Source: Actinomycetales bacterium
GTDB lineage: Bacteria > Actinomycetota > Actinomycetes > Actinomycetales > CAVURS01
DNA length: 59,851 nt
NCBI GenBank assembly: GCA_045807245.1
Contig: JBJMHS010000059.1
Span: 1 to 59,851 of the forward strand
Direction: 5' to 3'
Position numbers and translations under genes: made by a program. The notes beneath the pieces were generated by a model that made no database searches, was not told the DNA's origin, and saw only the letters and a program-made list of their open reading frames with translations. This document shows positions 40,617 through 54,620 of the stretch, piece by piece; positions within the stretch are counted from its first letter, which is position 1; every line of letters starts with the position of its first letter.

Positions 40617-43600
40617 ATGACCCTTCCGGCCGCACCGTCGTCACCGCAGTCCGCGGGGTTGTACGACGGTCAGCACGAGCACGACGCCTGCGGGGTGGCG
40701 TTCGTGGCCACCATGCGCGGCACGCCCGGGCACGACATCATCGAGCACGCGCTCACCGCGCTGCGCAACCTGGACCATCGCGGCGCGACCGGAGCCGACC
40801 CGGCCACCGGTGACGGCGCGGGGATCCTCACCCAGATGCCCGACCGGTTCCTGCGCGAGAGCGTCGGGCTCGACCTGCCCGGGCCGGGTGGCTATGCCGT
40901 CGGGCTGGCCTTCCTCCCGACCGATGCCGCGGCCCGAACCGGGCTCGAACAGCGGATCGAGGCCCTGGCCGACCAGGAGGGGCTGCGCGTCCTGGCCTGG
41001 CGCGACGTACCGGTGTGCGACGACCTCATCGGGCAGGCGGCTCGCGACTGCATGCCGACCTTCCGCCACCTGGTCGTCGTACCGCACCACCCGGGGGTCA
41101 GCGGGATCGCACTGGACCGGCTGGCGTTCTGCCTGCGCAAGCGGGCCGAGCTCGAGCTCCAGGCGTACTTCGCGTCGCTCTCGGCGCGGACCCTGGTCTA
41201 CAAGGGCATGCTCACGACCGAGCAGCTGGAGCCGTTCTTCCCCGACCTGTCCGACCGGTCCTACGAGACCGAGCTCGCCCTGGTCCACTCGCGGTTCTCG
41301 ACCAACACGTTCCCGTCCTGGCCGCTGGCCCACCCGTACCGGCTGATCGCGCACAACGGCGAGATCAACACGGTCAAGGGCAACCGCAACTGGATGCACG
41401 CCCGGGAGAGCCAGCTGGCGAGCGACCTCATCCCCGGGGACCTGAGCCGCCTGTTCCCCATCTGTACGCCGGCGGCCAGTGACTCGGCGTCGTTCGACGA
41501 GGTGCTCGAGCTGCTGCACCTCGGCGGCCGGTCGCTGCCGCACGCCGTGCTGATGATGATCCCCGAGGCGTGGGAGAACCACGACGAGATGGAGGACGCC
41601 CGGCGGGCGTTCTACGAGTTCCACGCGACGTTCATGGAGCCCTGGGACGGTCCGGCCTGCGTCGCGTTCACCGACGGCAGCCTGATCGGCGCGGTGCTCG
41701 ACCGGAACGGCCTGCGGCCGAGCCGGTACTGGGTCACCGACGACGGTCTGGTCGTCCTGGCCAGCGAGGTCGGCGTGCTCGACATCGACCCGGCCCACGT
41801 CGTGCGCAAGGGCCGTCTGCAGCCCGGCCGCATGTTCCTCGTGGACACCGAGCACGGGCGGCTGGTCGGCGACGAGGAGATCAAGGCCGAGCTCGCCGCC
41901 CAGCACCCGTACGACGAGTGGCTCCACGCCGGGACGCTCCACCTGGACGAGCTGCCCGACCGCGAGCACATCGTGCACACGCGCTCGTCCGTCACCCGGC
42001 GCCAGCAGACCTTCGGCTACACCGAGGAGGAGCTGCGGCTGCTGCTGTCGCCGATGGCCAGCGCTGGGGCGGAACCCATCGGGTCCATGGGCACCGACAC
42101 GCCCGTCGCCGTCCTCTCCACGCGCCCCCGACTGCTCTTCGACTACTTCACGCAGCTCTTCGCCCAGGTGACCAACCCGCCGCTGGACGCCATCCGCGAG
42201 GAGCTCGTGACCTCGCTCGGCTCGACCATCGGACCCGAGCTGAACGCGCTGGAGGCGAGCGCCGCCCACTGCCGACAGCTGATCCTGCCCGGTCCGGTCA
42301 TCGACAACGACGAGCTGGCCAAGATCGTCCACATCAACGCGGACGGCGACCTCCCGGGCTACGCGACCGTGGTGGTCAAGGGGCTGTACGACGTCAGTGG
42401 CGGGGGAGCGGCCCTGCACGCGCGGCTCTCGCACATCTGTGCCGAGGTGTCGCAGGCCATCGAGGCCGGGGTCCGCTTCGTCGTCCTGTCCGACCGTGAC
42501 TCGGGCCGAGACCTCGCGCCGATCCCGTCCCTGCTGCTGACCTCGGCCGTGCACCACCACCTGATCCGGGAGAAGACCCGCACCCAGGTCGGCCTCCTGG
42601 TCGAGGCCGGCGACGTGCGCGAGGTCCACCACGTCGCCCTGCTCGTCGGGTACGGCGCGGCCGCCGTCAACCCGTACCTCGCCATGGAGTCGGTCGAGGA
42701 CCTCGTGCGCGGAGGCGGCCTGACCGGCGTGAGCCCGGAGCAGGCGGTTCGCAACCTGCTCAAGGCGCTCGGCAAGGGCGTGCTCAAGGTCATGTCCAAG
42801 ATGGGCATCTCGACGGTGGCGTCGTACCGAGGGGCCCAGGTGTTCGAGGCCATCGGGCTCAGCCCGGACCTGGTCGACGAGTACTTCACGGGTACGACGA
42901 CCCAGCTCGGCGGCATCGACCTGGACGTCATCGCGGCCGAGGCGGCCGGACGGCACGCCGCGGCGTACCCGCCGGACGGGTTGCACCCGCCGCACCGCCG
43001 GCTGGCCGTCGGTGGCGAGTACCAGTGGCGCCGGGAGGGCGAGCCGCACCTGTTCGACCCCGAGACGGTCTTCCGCCTGCAGCACTCGACGCGTCAGCGG
43101 CGGTTCGACGTCTTCCAGCAGTACACGAGCCGGGTCGACGAGCAGGCCCGGCGCCTGATGACCCTGCGCGGGCTGTTCGCGTTCCAGGATGGCCGCCGTC
43201 CGCCGGTGCCCCTCGAGGAGGTCGAGCCGGTCGAGGCCATCCTGCCGCGGTTCTCGACCGGCGCAATGAGCTACGGCTCGATCAGCCTGGAGGCGCATCA
43301 GAACCTGGCCATCGCGATGAACCGGATCGGGGCCCGGTCGAACACGGGTGAGGGTGGCGAGGACGCCGACCGGCTGCTCGACCCGGCCCGGCGCAGTGCG
43401 ATCAAGCAGGTCGCCTCCGGCCGGTTCGGCGTGACCAGCCTGTACCTCACCCATGCCAGCGACCTGCAGATCAAGATGGCCCAGGGCGCCAAGCCGGGCG
43501 AGGGCGGCCAGCTGCCGGGGCACAAGGTCTACCCGTGGATCGCGAGCACCCGGCACTCCACGCCGGGGGTCGGGCTCATCTCGCCGCCGCCGCACCACGA

Positions 43601-45150
43601 CATCTACAGCATCGAGGACCTGGCGCAGCTCATCCACGACCTCAAGAACGCCAACCGCGAGGCCCGGGTGCACGTCAAGCTCGTCGCCGAGGTCGGCGTG
43701 GGCACGGTGGCCGCCGGTGTGAGCAAGGCCAAGGCCGACGTCGTCCTGATCTCCGGGCATGACGGTGGGACGGGCGCGGCGCCGCTGACCAGCCTCAAGC
43801 ACGCCGGCGCCCCCTGGGAGCTGGGCCTGGCCGAGACGCAGCAGACGTTGCTGCTCAACGGTTTGCGGGACCGGATCGTGGTGCAGGTCGACGGCCAGCT
43901 CAAGACCGGGCGCGACGTCGTGATCGCGGCGTTGCTCGGTGCCGAGGAGTTCGGCTTCGCGACCGCACCCCTCGTCGTGAGTGGCTGCATCATGATGCGC
44001 GTCTGCCATCTCGACACCTGCCCGGTCGGCATCGCGACGCAGAATCCCGAGCTGCGGCAACGGTTCTCGGGTCGGCCCGAGTTCGTGGAGACGTTCTTCG
44101 AGTACATCGCGCAGGAGGTGCGCGAGCACCTGGCCGCGCTCGGGTTCCGCAGCGTCGAGGAGGCCATCGGCCGCGTCGAGATGCTCGACGCGACCGCGGC
44201 GGTGGACCACTGGAAGGCATCCGGCCTGGACCTCTCGCCGATCTTCGCCGACGTGGCACCGGACCCCGAGGCGCCGCGGCACAACACGACGAGCCAGGAC
44301 CATGGGTTGGAGAAGGCGCTCGACCTGACCCTCATCGAGCTCAGCGAGGACGCGCTGGAGCGACGGGAGCCGGTGCGGATCACCGTGCCGATCCGCAACG
44401 TCAACCGCACCGTGGGCACGATGCTCGGCCACGAGGTCACCAAGCGGTACGCCGAGGGTCTGGCCGACGGGACCATCGACATCACGCTGACCGGGTCGGC
44501 CGGACAGTCGTTCGGTGCCTTCCTGCCCGCCGGCATCACCCTGCGGCTGTACGGCGACGCCAACGACTACGTCGCGAAGGGCTTGTCCGGCGGCCGCGTC
44601 GTCGTCCGCCCGGACCGCTCGGCCGTCTTCGCCGCCGAGCAGAACATCGCGGCCGGCAACGTCATCGCGTACGGCGCGACGAGCGGCGAGGTGTTCATCC
44701 GCGGCAAGGTCGGGGAACGCTTCGGCGTCCGCAACTCCGGCGCGACGGCAGTCGTCGAGGGAGTGGGCGACCACGGCTGCGAGTACATGACCGGCGGCAC
44801 GGTCGTCGTCCTCGGCCGCACCGGACGCAACTTCGCCGCCGGGATGTCCGGCGGTACGGCGTACGTCCTCGACCTGCGGCCGGGCCGGGTCAACCCGGAG
44901 CTGGTCGACCTGTCCCCGCTGACCGACGCCGAGTCGGAGAGCGTGCGCCGGCTCGTCGTACGGCATGAGGAGGAGACCGACTCGGTCGTCGCCGCCCGGC
45001 TGCTCGAGGACTGGGGGAGCGCGCGGTCGCGGTTCACCGCGGTGATCCCGCGCGACTACCGCCGGGTCGTGGCGGTCCGGCAGGCGGCGCAGGACCAGGG
45101 CCTGGACCCCGACGGGGACGACGTGTGGCCTCGCATCATGGAGGCCGCCA

Positions 45151-45158
<8 letters not shown>
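40617..45158 (+). CDS. gltB: Glutamate synthase large subunit
   Basis: [70 protein letters not shown]. Confidence 0.99.
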
Positions 45159-46631
<1,473 letters not shown>

Positions 46632-46638
<7 letters not shown>

Positions 46639-46684
46639 GCCAGGCATGAGCGCGGCATGAGCGCGGCATGAGCCGGGCATGAGC
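46632..46684 (+). repeat. Five GGCATGAGC units at exact 11-bp period
   Basis: Units start at 46632, 46643, 46654, 46665 and 46676; 2-nt spacers CA, GC, GC, CG. Confidence 0.95.
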
Positions 46685-46738
46685 TGCAGGGTCGCAACGT
46701 CCCGTTTCGCAACGACAGCAGGGGAATAGGGTCATCAC

Positions 46739-48184
46739 ATGCGTCGAGCAAAGATCGTCTGCACGCTCGGTCCTGCAACCTCCAGCCCGGAGATGCTTCG
46801 CAAGCTCATCGACTCCGGCATGGACGTCGCCCGGCTCAACCTCAGCCACGGTGAGTACGCCCAGCACGAGCAGACCTACCTCAACGTCCGCCGGGCGAGT
46901 GACGAGAGCGGTCACGCGGTGGGCGTGCTGGTCGACCTGCAAGGACCCAAGATCCGGCTCGGCAACTTCGCCTCCGGGCCGGTCGAGCTCCGGGCGGGTG
47001 AGCGTTTCACGATCACCACCGAGAACGTGCCCGGGGACCGAGAGATCGTCTCCACCACCTACGCCGGGCTCGCCGGCGACGCGCGGCCCGGCGACCGCAT
47101 CCTGATCGACGACGGCAAGGTCTGTGTCGAGGTGGTCGATATCGACGGACCTCGGGTCGTGACCGAGGTCGTCGAGGGCGGCCCGGTGTCCGATCACAAG
47201 GGCCTCAATCTGCCCGGTGTCGCGGTGAGCGTCCCGGCCATGTCGGAGAAGGACGAGGCCGACCTGCGGTGGGCCCTGCACCTGCGGGCCGACCTGGTCG
47301 CCCTGTCCTTCGTGCGCAGTGCCACCGACGTCGAGGACGTGCGCCGGATCATGGACGAGGAAGGCATCCGGCTGCCGGTGATCGCCAAGATCGAGAAGCC
47401 GCAGGCCGTGGCCAACCTGCCCGAGATCGTCACCGCGTTCGACGGGCTCATGGTCGCCCGCGGCGACCTGGGCGTGGAGCTGCCGCTCGAGCAGGTGCCG
47501 CTGGTCCAGAAGCGCGCGGTCGAGCTGGCCCGCCGCAACGCCAAGCCGGTCATCGTCGCCACCCAGATGCTGGACTCCATGATCGAGAACTCCCGCCCGA
47601 CCCGGGCCGAGGCCTCGGACTGCGCGAACGCCGTGCTCGACGGCGCCGACGCGCTCATGCTGTCCGGGGAGACAAGTGTCGGGAAGCACCCGCTCGAGGC
47701 GGTCGCGACCATGGCCCGCATCATCGAGAACACCGAGGAGCACGGGCTCGAGCGGATCGCCCCTCTCGGCACGCGGCCGTCGACGAAGGGCGGGGTCATC
47801 ACCGCTGCCGCCGCGGAGATCGCCGAGTTCCTCGACGTGAAGTACCTCGCCACGTTCACCCAGAGCGGCGACTCGGCCCGACGCATGGCCCGCCTCCGGT
47901 CGCGAATCCCGTTGCTGGCCTTCACTCCCGAGCCCGTCGTGCGTTCGCAGCTCGCGCTGACCTGGGGGATCGAGACGTTCTTGACGCCGTACGTGACACA
48001 CACCGACGAGATGGTCGCGCAGGTCGAGTCGATCCTGCTCGACGCAGGCCGATGCGTGCCCGGCGACGAGGTCGTCATCGTTGCCGGGTCACCTCCGGGG
48101 ATCCCCGGCTCCACGAACGCCGTACGGGTCCACCGGATCGGCGACGTGATCGCCCAGAGCGCGCCGGCGTACGCCGAGATCTAG
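46739..48184 (+). CDS. pyk: Pyruvate kinase
   Basis: RRAKIVCTLGPA, ARLN.SHG, DLQGPKIR, AKIEK, MVARGDLGVE, ATQMLDSM, MLSGETSVG. Confidence 0.99.
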   Translation: MRRAKIVCTLGPATSSPEMLRKLIDSGMDVARLNLSHGEYAQHEQTYLNVRRASDESGHAVGVLVDLQGPKIRLGNFASGPVELRAGERFTITTENVPGDREIVSTTYAGLAGDARPGDRILIDDGKVCVEVVDIDGPRVVTEVVEGGPVSDHKGLNLPGVAVSVPAMSEKDEADLRWALHLRADLVALSFVRSATDVEDVRRIMDEEGIRLPVIAKIEKPQAVANLPEIVTAFDGLMVARGDLGVELPLEQVPLVQKRAVELARRNAKPVIVATQMLDSMIENSRPTRAEASDCANAVLDGADALMLSGETSVGKHPLEAVATMARIIENTEEHGLERIAPLGTRPSTKGGVITAAAAEIAEFLDVKYLATFTQSGDSARRMARLRSRIPLLAFTPEPVVRSQLALTWGIETFLTPYVTHTDEMVAQVESILLDAGRCVPGDEVVIVAGSPPGIPGSTNAVRVHRIGDVIAQSAPAYAEI

Positions 48185-48199
48185 CGAGCCGACGATGTG

Positions 48200-48273
48200 T
48201 ACCCCGAGTGGGAGTCGAACCCACACTGGCCGGGACTTGAATCCGGTGCCTCTGCCAATTGGGCTATCGGGGC
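48200..48273 (-). tRNA. tRNA-Leu(CAA), short variable arm, CCA not encoded
   Basis: Reverse strand GCCCCGA-TA-GCCCAATTGGCAGAGGC-A-CCGGA-TTCAAGT-CCCGG-CCAGT-GTGGG-TTCGACT-CCCAC-TCGGGGT-A. Confidence 0.92.
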
Positions 48274-48304
48274 GCGCCTCGACTGTATCCGCTGGCGTCC
48301 GGGC

Positions 48305-48919
48305 ATGACCGAGGTCGACGGGCCCACGGCGGGCGGACGGCGCATCGTCGTCGCCGAGGACGAGGCGCTGATCCGGCTCGACCTGGTCGAGATGCTCCGC
48401 GAGGAGGGTTACGACGTCGTCGGCGAGGCCGGCGACGGTGCCGAGGCGGTCCGGCTGGTCGAGGAGCACCGGCCTGACGTCGCCGTCCTCGACGTGAAGA
48501 TGCCGGGACTGGACGGGCTCAGCGCCGCCGAGCAGATCGGCGAGCGCCGGCTGTCGGCCGTCGTGATGCTCACGGCGTTCTCCCAGCGCGAGCTCGTCGA
48601 GCGCGCGCGCGACGCCGGCGCCCTGGCCTACGTCGTCAAGCCGTTCACCCGCGCCGACCTGATGCCGGCCATCGAGATCGCCCTGTCCCGGCATGCCGAG
48701 ATCGTCGCCCTGGAGGCGGAGGTGGCGGACCTGGCCGAGCGGTTCGAGACGCGCAAGCGCGTCGACCGGGCCAAGTCCGTGCTCATCAGCCAGCTCGGCC
48801 TGACCGAGCCGGACGCCTTCCGGTGGATCCAGAAGACCTCGATGGACCGGCGGCTGTCCATGCGCGAGGTCGCGGACGCCGTCCTGTCCGGGCTGCCCGG
48901 AGTGGCTCCCCAGGCCTGA
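48305..48919 (+). CDS. ANTAR-domain response regulator (PdtaR-like)
   Basis: VAEDEALIRLDL, DVKMP, LTAFSQ, VKPF receiver; RK.VDRAK..L...EPDAFRWIQKTSMDRR ANTAR domain. Confidence 0.95.
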   Translation: MTEVDGPTAGGRRIVVAEDEALIRLDLVEMLREEGYDVVGEAGDGAEAVRLVEEHRPDVAVLDVKMPGLDGLSAAEQIGERRLSAVVMLTAFSQRELVERARDAGALAYVVKPFTRADLMPAIEIALSRHAEIVALEAEVADLAERFETRKRVDRAKSVLISQLGLTEPDAFRWIQKTSMDRRLSMREVADAVLSGLPGVAPQA

Positions 48920-48973
48920 TGCAACCGGTTACCGGCCCGGATCCTGCCGGGTTGCGAGTTTCGCCAGAGTTAG

Positions 48974-48989
48974 GCAACGGAATGGTCAC
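48974..48989 (+). promoter_or_regulatory. Possible GlnR/MtrA-type direct-repeat site upstream of the liv operon
   Basis: GCAAC-N6-GTCAC at 11-bp spacing, ~50 nt upstream of a TATGGT -10-like hexamer (49041-49046). Confidence 0.3.
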
Positions 48990-49096
48990 GACACGATCAA
49001 CCCTGGCTCGGGGCACTGCTGGAGGACCCGCGAGTGGGGTTATGGTGCGCGTCGTACTTCCGCGAAGGAAGGCAACCCCGTCACAGGAGGAAATTC

Positions 49097-50317
49097 GTGC
49101 GGTCCATCGTCAAAATCGGCGTGCCCCTGGTGGCCGCGTCGCTCGCCCTGTCGGCCTGTGGTTCGCGCAGCGACAACGGCGGGAACGGCAGCTCCGGCGG
49201 TACGAAGACCGCCACGATCGGCGTCATCGCGCCACTGACCGGTGACCTGTCGCCGCTCGGCCTGGGCATCCAGCACTCGGTCGAGCTCGCGGTCAAGCAG
49301 GCCAACGCCAAGAAGACCATCTCCGGGTGGACCCTCAAGGTCGACCCCGAGGACGACCAGGCCACGCCCGCGACCGGTCAGCAGGCCGCGACCAAGCTGG
49401 CCAGTGACGCGTCGGTCGTCGGTGTCGTCGGCACGCTGAACTCCAGCGTGGCCCAGACCGTCATCCCGGTGCTCGACAAGTCCAACATCGTGCAGGTGTC
49501 ACCGGCGAACACGAACCCGTCGCTGACCCAGGGTGCGAACTTCGCCACGGCGCCGGCCCGGCCGAACAAGAACTACTTCCGGGTCTGCACCACCGACTCG
49601 GTGCAGGGTCCGTTCGCCGCTCAGTACATGTACAACACGGCGAAGTTCACCAAGGTCGCCACGGTCTCCGACCAGAAGACCTACGGCGCCGGACTGGTGG
49701 CCGCGTTCACAGCCGAGTTCAAGAAGCTCGGCGGCACGATCGTGACCGCCCAGACGGTGAACCCCGATGACAAGAAGTTCCCCGGTGTCATCAGCAAGGT
49801 CGCCCAGGCCAAGCCGCAGGCCGTCTACTACGGCGGCGAGTTCCCGCAGGCCGGTCCGTTGTCGAACCAGATGAAGGCTGCTGGTCTCAACGTGCCGCTC
49901 ATGGGTGGCGACGGCATCTTCGACCCGAACTACATCAAGCTGGCCGGCTCGAAGTCCGACGGTGACCTGGCGACCTCGGTCGGCGCGCCCGTCGAGAGCC
50001 TGGACTCCGCCAAGCAGTTCGTGTCCGACTACCAGGCGGCCGGCTTCAAGGACGCGTACGGCGCGTACGGCGCCTACGCGTTCGACGCGGCCAACGCCAT
50101 CATCAACGCGCTGAAGACGTCGCTCGCGGGCAAGGACAAGGTCGACGACTCGGTGCGTCAGGCGACCATCCAGGCCATGTCGAGTGTCAGCTTCGCCGGC
50201 GCGACCGGTGACGTCGCGTTCGACCAGTACGGCGACGCCAAGGCCAAGGTGCTGACGGTCTACAAGGTCTCCAGTGGTGCTTGGAAGCCGGAGAAGACCG
50301 GCAGCCTGGAGGGCTAG
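49097..50317 (+). CDS. livK: Branched-chain amino acid ABC transporter substrate-binding lipoprotein
   Basis: Lipobox LSAC, PLTG, GTLNSS, SPANTNP.LT, YFRV..TD..QG, MGGDG; AGGAGG RBS. Confidence 0.93.
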   Translation: MRSIVKIGVPLVAASLALSACGSRSDNGGNGSSGGTKTATIGVIAPLTGDLSPLGLGIQHSVELAVKQANAKKTISGWTLKVDPEDDQATPATGQQAATKLASDASVVGVVGTLNSSVAQTVIPVLDKSNIVQVSPANTNPSLTQGANFATAPARPNKNYFRVCTTDSVQGPFAAQYMYNTAKFTKVATVSDQKTYGAGLVAAFTAEFKKLGGTIVTAQTVNPDDKKFPGVISKVAQAKPQAVYYGGEFPQAGPLSNQMKAAGLNVPLMGGDGIFDPNYIKLAGSKSDGDLATSVGAPVESLDSAKQFVSDYQAAGFKDAYGAYGAYAFDAANAIINALKTSLAGKDKVDDSVRQATIQAMSSVSFAGATGDVAFDQYGDAKAKVLTVYKVSSGAWKPEKTGSLEG

Positions 50318-50344
50318 TCCGGAGACTTCAACCTCCATAGGGTG

Positions 50345-50372
50345 TGGGGGCCCGGCTTCGGTCGGGCCCCCA
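50345..50372 (+). other. Intercistronic stem-loop with cUUCGg tetraloop after livK
   Basis: TGGGGGCCCGGC-TTCG-GTCGGGCCCCCA; typical mRNA-stabilising/partial-termination hairpin after a binding-protein gene. Confidence 0.7.
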
Positions 50373-50408
50373 TTCCATCGGTCGAGCAGGCAGAACGGGG
50401 ACCGCCCG

Positions 50409-51304
<896 letters not shown>

Positions 51305-51308
<4 letters not shown>

Positions 51309-53086
51309 GCGAGACGACGACGCGCCGGATCTCGTCGATGGACACGGCGGCCCCCAAGACCTGGCAGGGTCGGCTGACCGGGTGGTGCCAGGCTCGTTAT
51401 GGGCCCTACGCCGCCATCATCACGCTGGTGGGCGCGGTCGTGGTCGGTGTCGGCGGCGTGCTCGCGTGGACGTACGACGCGTCGTACGCCGGCGATCTCA
51501 CTGTGGCGTTCTCACCCATCGGCGGCCAGCGCTGGGCGATCGGCGGAGCCGTCGCACTCATCGTCATGACGCTGCTCGACGGTGTCCTGCAGAGGCCGCT
51601 GGGCCGGTTCTTCCCTCTCGGTGGGGTCAAGGCCTCGTTGATCCTGTCGGTGGCCCTGTTGCTCATGGGCGTCGTCGTCGCCATCCGCGCCTCGAAGGTG
51701 CTCGGCGGGCTGGCCAACGTGAACACGGGCCTCTGGCTCGTCATCGCCGGCGGCCTCGTCGCCACGGCCGGAGCCATCGGGCGCGTCGAGCCCGAGCGGC
51801 CGGCGCTCAAAGCCCCCAAACCGCTGCCGGCCTGGCTCGACTTCATCATCATCGCGGTGACCATCGGGCTCGGCCTGGTGGTCGCCGTCAAGGCGCTCGA
51901 CTCCTCCGACGAGGTCACGTTCATGTGCATCCTCTTCGTGGTCGGAGGCATCGCGGCCGCCCTGCAGTTCTCCGGGCTGCTGCCGCGGATCTCGGCGATC
52001 ACGGCCAGCCACTACGGGGTCACCATCGCGGCGTCCTTCATCGCGGCCATCATCTTCCCGTTCACGCAGGGCACCAACGGTGCGTACCTGTCGATCGCCG
52101 TCAACGTGGCGATCTTCGCGGCGGCGGCTATCGGCCTGAACATCGTCGTGGGCCTGGCCGGCCTGCTGGACCTCGGCTACATCGCCTTCACCGGTGTCGG
52201 CGCCTACTACGCCGCGCTGTTCTCCGGTGCGGCGTCGAGCCGGTTCGCGGGCCATCACCAGCCGTTCCTCGCCGTCCTGGTGGGCGGCGCCGTCGTGGCG
52301 GCGATCTTCGGTCTGATCATCGGCGCACCGACCCTGAGGCTGCGCGGCGACTACCTCGCCATCGTCACGCTCGGCTTCGGTGAGATCTTCCGCATCACGG
52401 TCAACAACCTCAACGGCCAGTCGGGACCGAACATCACGGGGGGCGCACAGGGGATCTACGGTGTGCCGGACCTCGACGTCTTCGGTGTCAACTTCGGCAA
52501 GAACCAGACCATCTTCGGCACCCAGCTGTCCTACTTCGCCAACTACTACTTCGCGGCGCTGATCCTGATCGCCTTCGTGATGTTCATCTTCATCCGGGCC
52601 AACAGCAGCCGGATCGGGCGGGCGTGGGTCGCGATTCGCGAGGACGAGACGGCTGCCTCCGCGATGGGCGTCAACACCTTCAAGCTCAAGCTGCTGGCCT
52701 TCGCGATGGGTGCGTTCCTCGCCGGCCTGGCCGGCACCATCCAGGCCCACAGCCTGAGCTCGGTGACCCCGGACTCGTACGTGTTCCTGAACAGCTCCTT
52801 CCTGCTCTCGGCGGTCGTCCTCGGTGGCATGGGGACCGTCATGGGCCCGCTGCTGGGTGCGGTGCTGCTGCTGGTCATCCCCGAGAAGCTCCGCTTCTTC
52901 CAGGAGTGGCGGCTGTGGCTGTTCGGCCTGGCCCTCATCCTGATGATGCGGTTCCGGCCCGAGGGCCTGATCGCCAGCCGGCGTCGCGCGCTGGAGTTCC
53001 ACGAGGCCGAGGACGACGACGCCGAGGCGCCGTTGTCCGGGGGGCTCGGTGCGCCACCTGGCGCCGGCCACGGGGGTGTCCTGTGA
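51305..53086 (+). CDS. livM: Branched-chain amino acid ABC permease with N-terminal membrane extension
   Basis: GLNIVVGLAGLLDLGY, LRLRGDYLAIVTLGFGE, GRAW.AIREDE, VLGGMG, RPEGL. Confidence 0.95.
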
Positions 53087-53904
53087 CCGCGGCTCAGGCG
53101 GAACGGGTGGACCGGTCCAACGCACCCGTCCTGCTGGACGCGCAGAAGGTCACCATGCAGTTCGGCGGTCTGCGGGCCGTCGACGAGGTGGACCTGAAGG
53201 TGCGGGCCGGCGAGATCGTCGGTCTGATCGGCCCGAACGGTGCCGGCAAGACGACGTTCTTCAACTGCCTGACGGGGCTGTACATCCCGACGTCCGGTGT
53301 CGTGATGTACGGCGGGAGCCAGCTGCCGGCCCGGCCCTACCTGGTCGCGAAGGCGGGCCTGGCCCGGACGTTCCAGAACATCCGGCTGTTCCCGAACATG
53401 ACGGCGCGCGAGAACGTCATGGTGGGCCGGCACGTGCGGATGCGGCAGGGCATCTTCTCGGCCATCGGGCGCGGCCCGGCCTACCGCAGCAGCGAGCGGG
53501 AGGCTCGGGAGAGGGCCGACGAGCTGCTGTCGTTCGTGGGGCTGTCCCGCCACGCGACCAACCTGGCCCGGAACCTCAACTACGGCGACCAGCGCCGGCT
53601 GGAGATCGCGCGGGCCATGGCGAGCGACCCGACGACGCTGTTGCTGGACGAGCCGACGGCCGGCATGAACGCGCAGGAGACGCAACGGACCCAGGAGCTG
53701 ATCTTCGCGATCCGCGACCAGGGTCTGGCCGTCCTGGTCATCGAGCACGACATGCGGTTCATCTTCCAGCTGTGCGACCGGGTCGCCTGTCTGATCCGCG
53801 GCGTCAAGCTGGTCGAGGGGACACCGGCCGAGGTGCAGTCCGACCCGCGCGTCATCGAGGCGTACATCGGTGGCGCCGCGACTGACGAGGGGGAGCAGGC
53901 GTGA
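53083..53904 (+). CDS. livG: Branched-chain amino acid ABC ATPase
   Basis: FGGLRAV, GPNGAGKTT, RTFQNIRLF, YGDQRRLEIARA, LDEPTAG, IEHDM. Confidence 0.96.
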   Translation: MTAAQAERVDRSNAPVLLDAQKVTMQFGGLRAVDEVDLKVRAGEIVGLIGPNGAGKTTFFNCLTGLYIPTSGVVMYGGSQLPARPYLVAKAGLARTFQNIRLFPNMTARENVMVGRHVRMRQGIFSAIGRGPAYRSSEREARERADELLSFVGLSRHATNLARNLNYGDQRRLEIARAMASDPTTLLLDEPTAGMNAQETQRTQELIFAIRDQGLAVLVIEHDMRFIFQLCDRVACLIRGVKLVEGTPAEVQSDPRVIEAYIGGAATDEGEQA

Positions 53905-54620
53905 GCGCCATCCTCGAGGTCGAGGACCTTCGGGTCGCCTACGGCAAGATCGAGGCGGTCAAGGGCATCTCGTTCTCCGTGCAGCAGGGTGAGGTCGTCA
54001 CGCTGATCGGTTCCAACGGCGCCGGCAAGACCACGACGCTGCGCACGTTGTCCGGCCTGCTGTCGCCCAAGAGTGGCGCAATCGCCTTCAAGGGCAAGCG
54101 AATCGACGGCATGGCCGCGCACAAGATCCTGCAGCTCGGGCTCGCACACTCGCCCGAAGGCAGACGGGTGTTCGCGACGATGAGCGTGCAGGAGAACCTC
54201 ATGCTCGGCGCGTACGCCCGGACCGACGGACCGGCCGAGCTGCAGAAGGACCTCGAGCGGGCGTACACGATGTTCCCCATCCTGTCCGAGCGACGGAACC
54301 AGTCCGCCGGCACGTTCTCCGGCGGTGAGCAGCAGATGCTGGCGATGGGCCGGGCCATCATGAGCCGGCCTCAGATGCTGATGCTCGACGAACCGTCGAT
54401 GGGTCTGTCGCCGATCATGATGCAGCGGATCATGTCGACCATCGCCGAGCTGCGCGAGCAGGGCACGACCATCCTGCTGGTCGAGCAGAACGCCCAGGCG
54501 GCCCTGTCGCTGGCCGACGAGGGCCACGTCCTGGAGACGGGTTCGATCGTCGTGTCCGGGCCGGGCAGCGAGCTGCTGACCAACGACGAGGTGCGCAAGG
54601 CGTACCTCGGTGAGGACTGA
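53901..54620 (+). CDS. livF: Branched-chain amino acid ABC ATPase
   Basis: GSNGAGKTT, PEGRRVF, SGGEQQMLA, LDEPSMGL, VEQNA, AYLG. Confidence 0.96.
   Translation: MSAILEVEDLRVAYGKIEAVKGISFSVQQGEVVTLIGSNGAGKTTTLRTLSGLLSPKSGAIAFKGKRIDGMAAHKILQLGLAHSPEGRRVFATMSVQENLMLGAYARTDGPAELQKDLERAYTMFPILSERRNQSAGTFSGGEQQMLAMGRAIMSRPQMLMLDEPSMGLSPIMMQRIMSTIAELREQGTTILLVEQNAQAALSLADEGHVLETGSIVVSGPGSELLTNDEVRKAYLGED

Noticed and set aside
48185..48304. tRNA-Leu as an integration site for an island
   Set aside because: No integrase, no duplicated tRNA 3' end, and core genes on both sides
48197..48304. N-terminal extension of the response regulator in the ORF track
   Set aside because: It overlaps the antisense tRNA; ATG 48305 fits the receiver domain start
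48920..49096. ANTAR-target dual hairpin in the liv leader next to the ANTAR regulator
   Set aside because: Only one small hairpin (CTTCC-GCGAA-GGAAG, 5-nt loop); no tandem hexaloops with A1/G4
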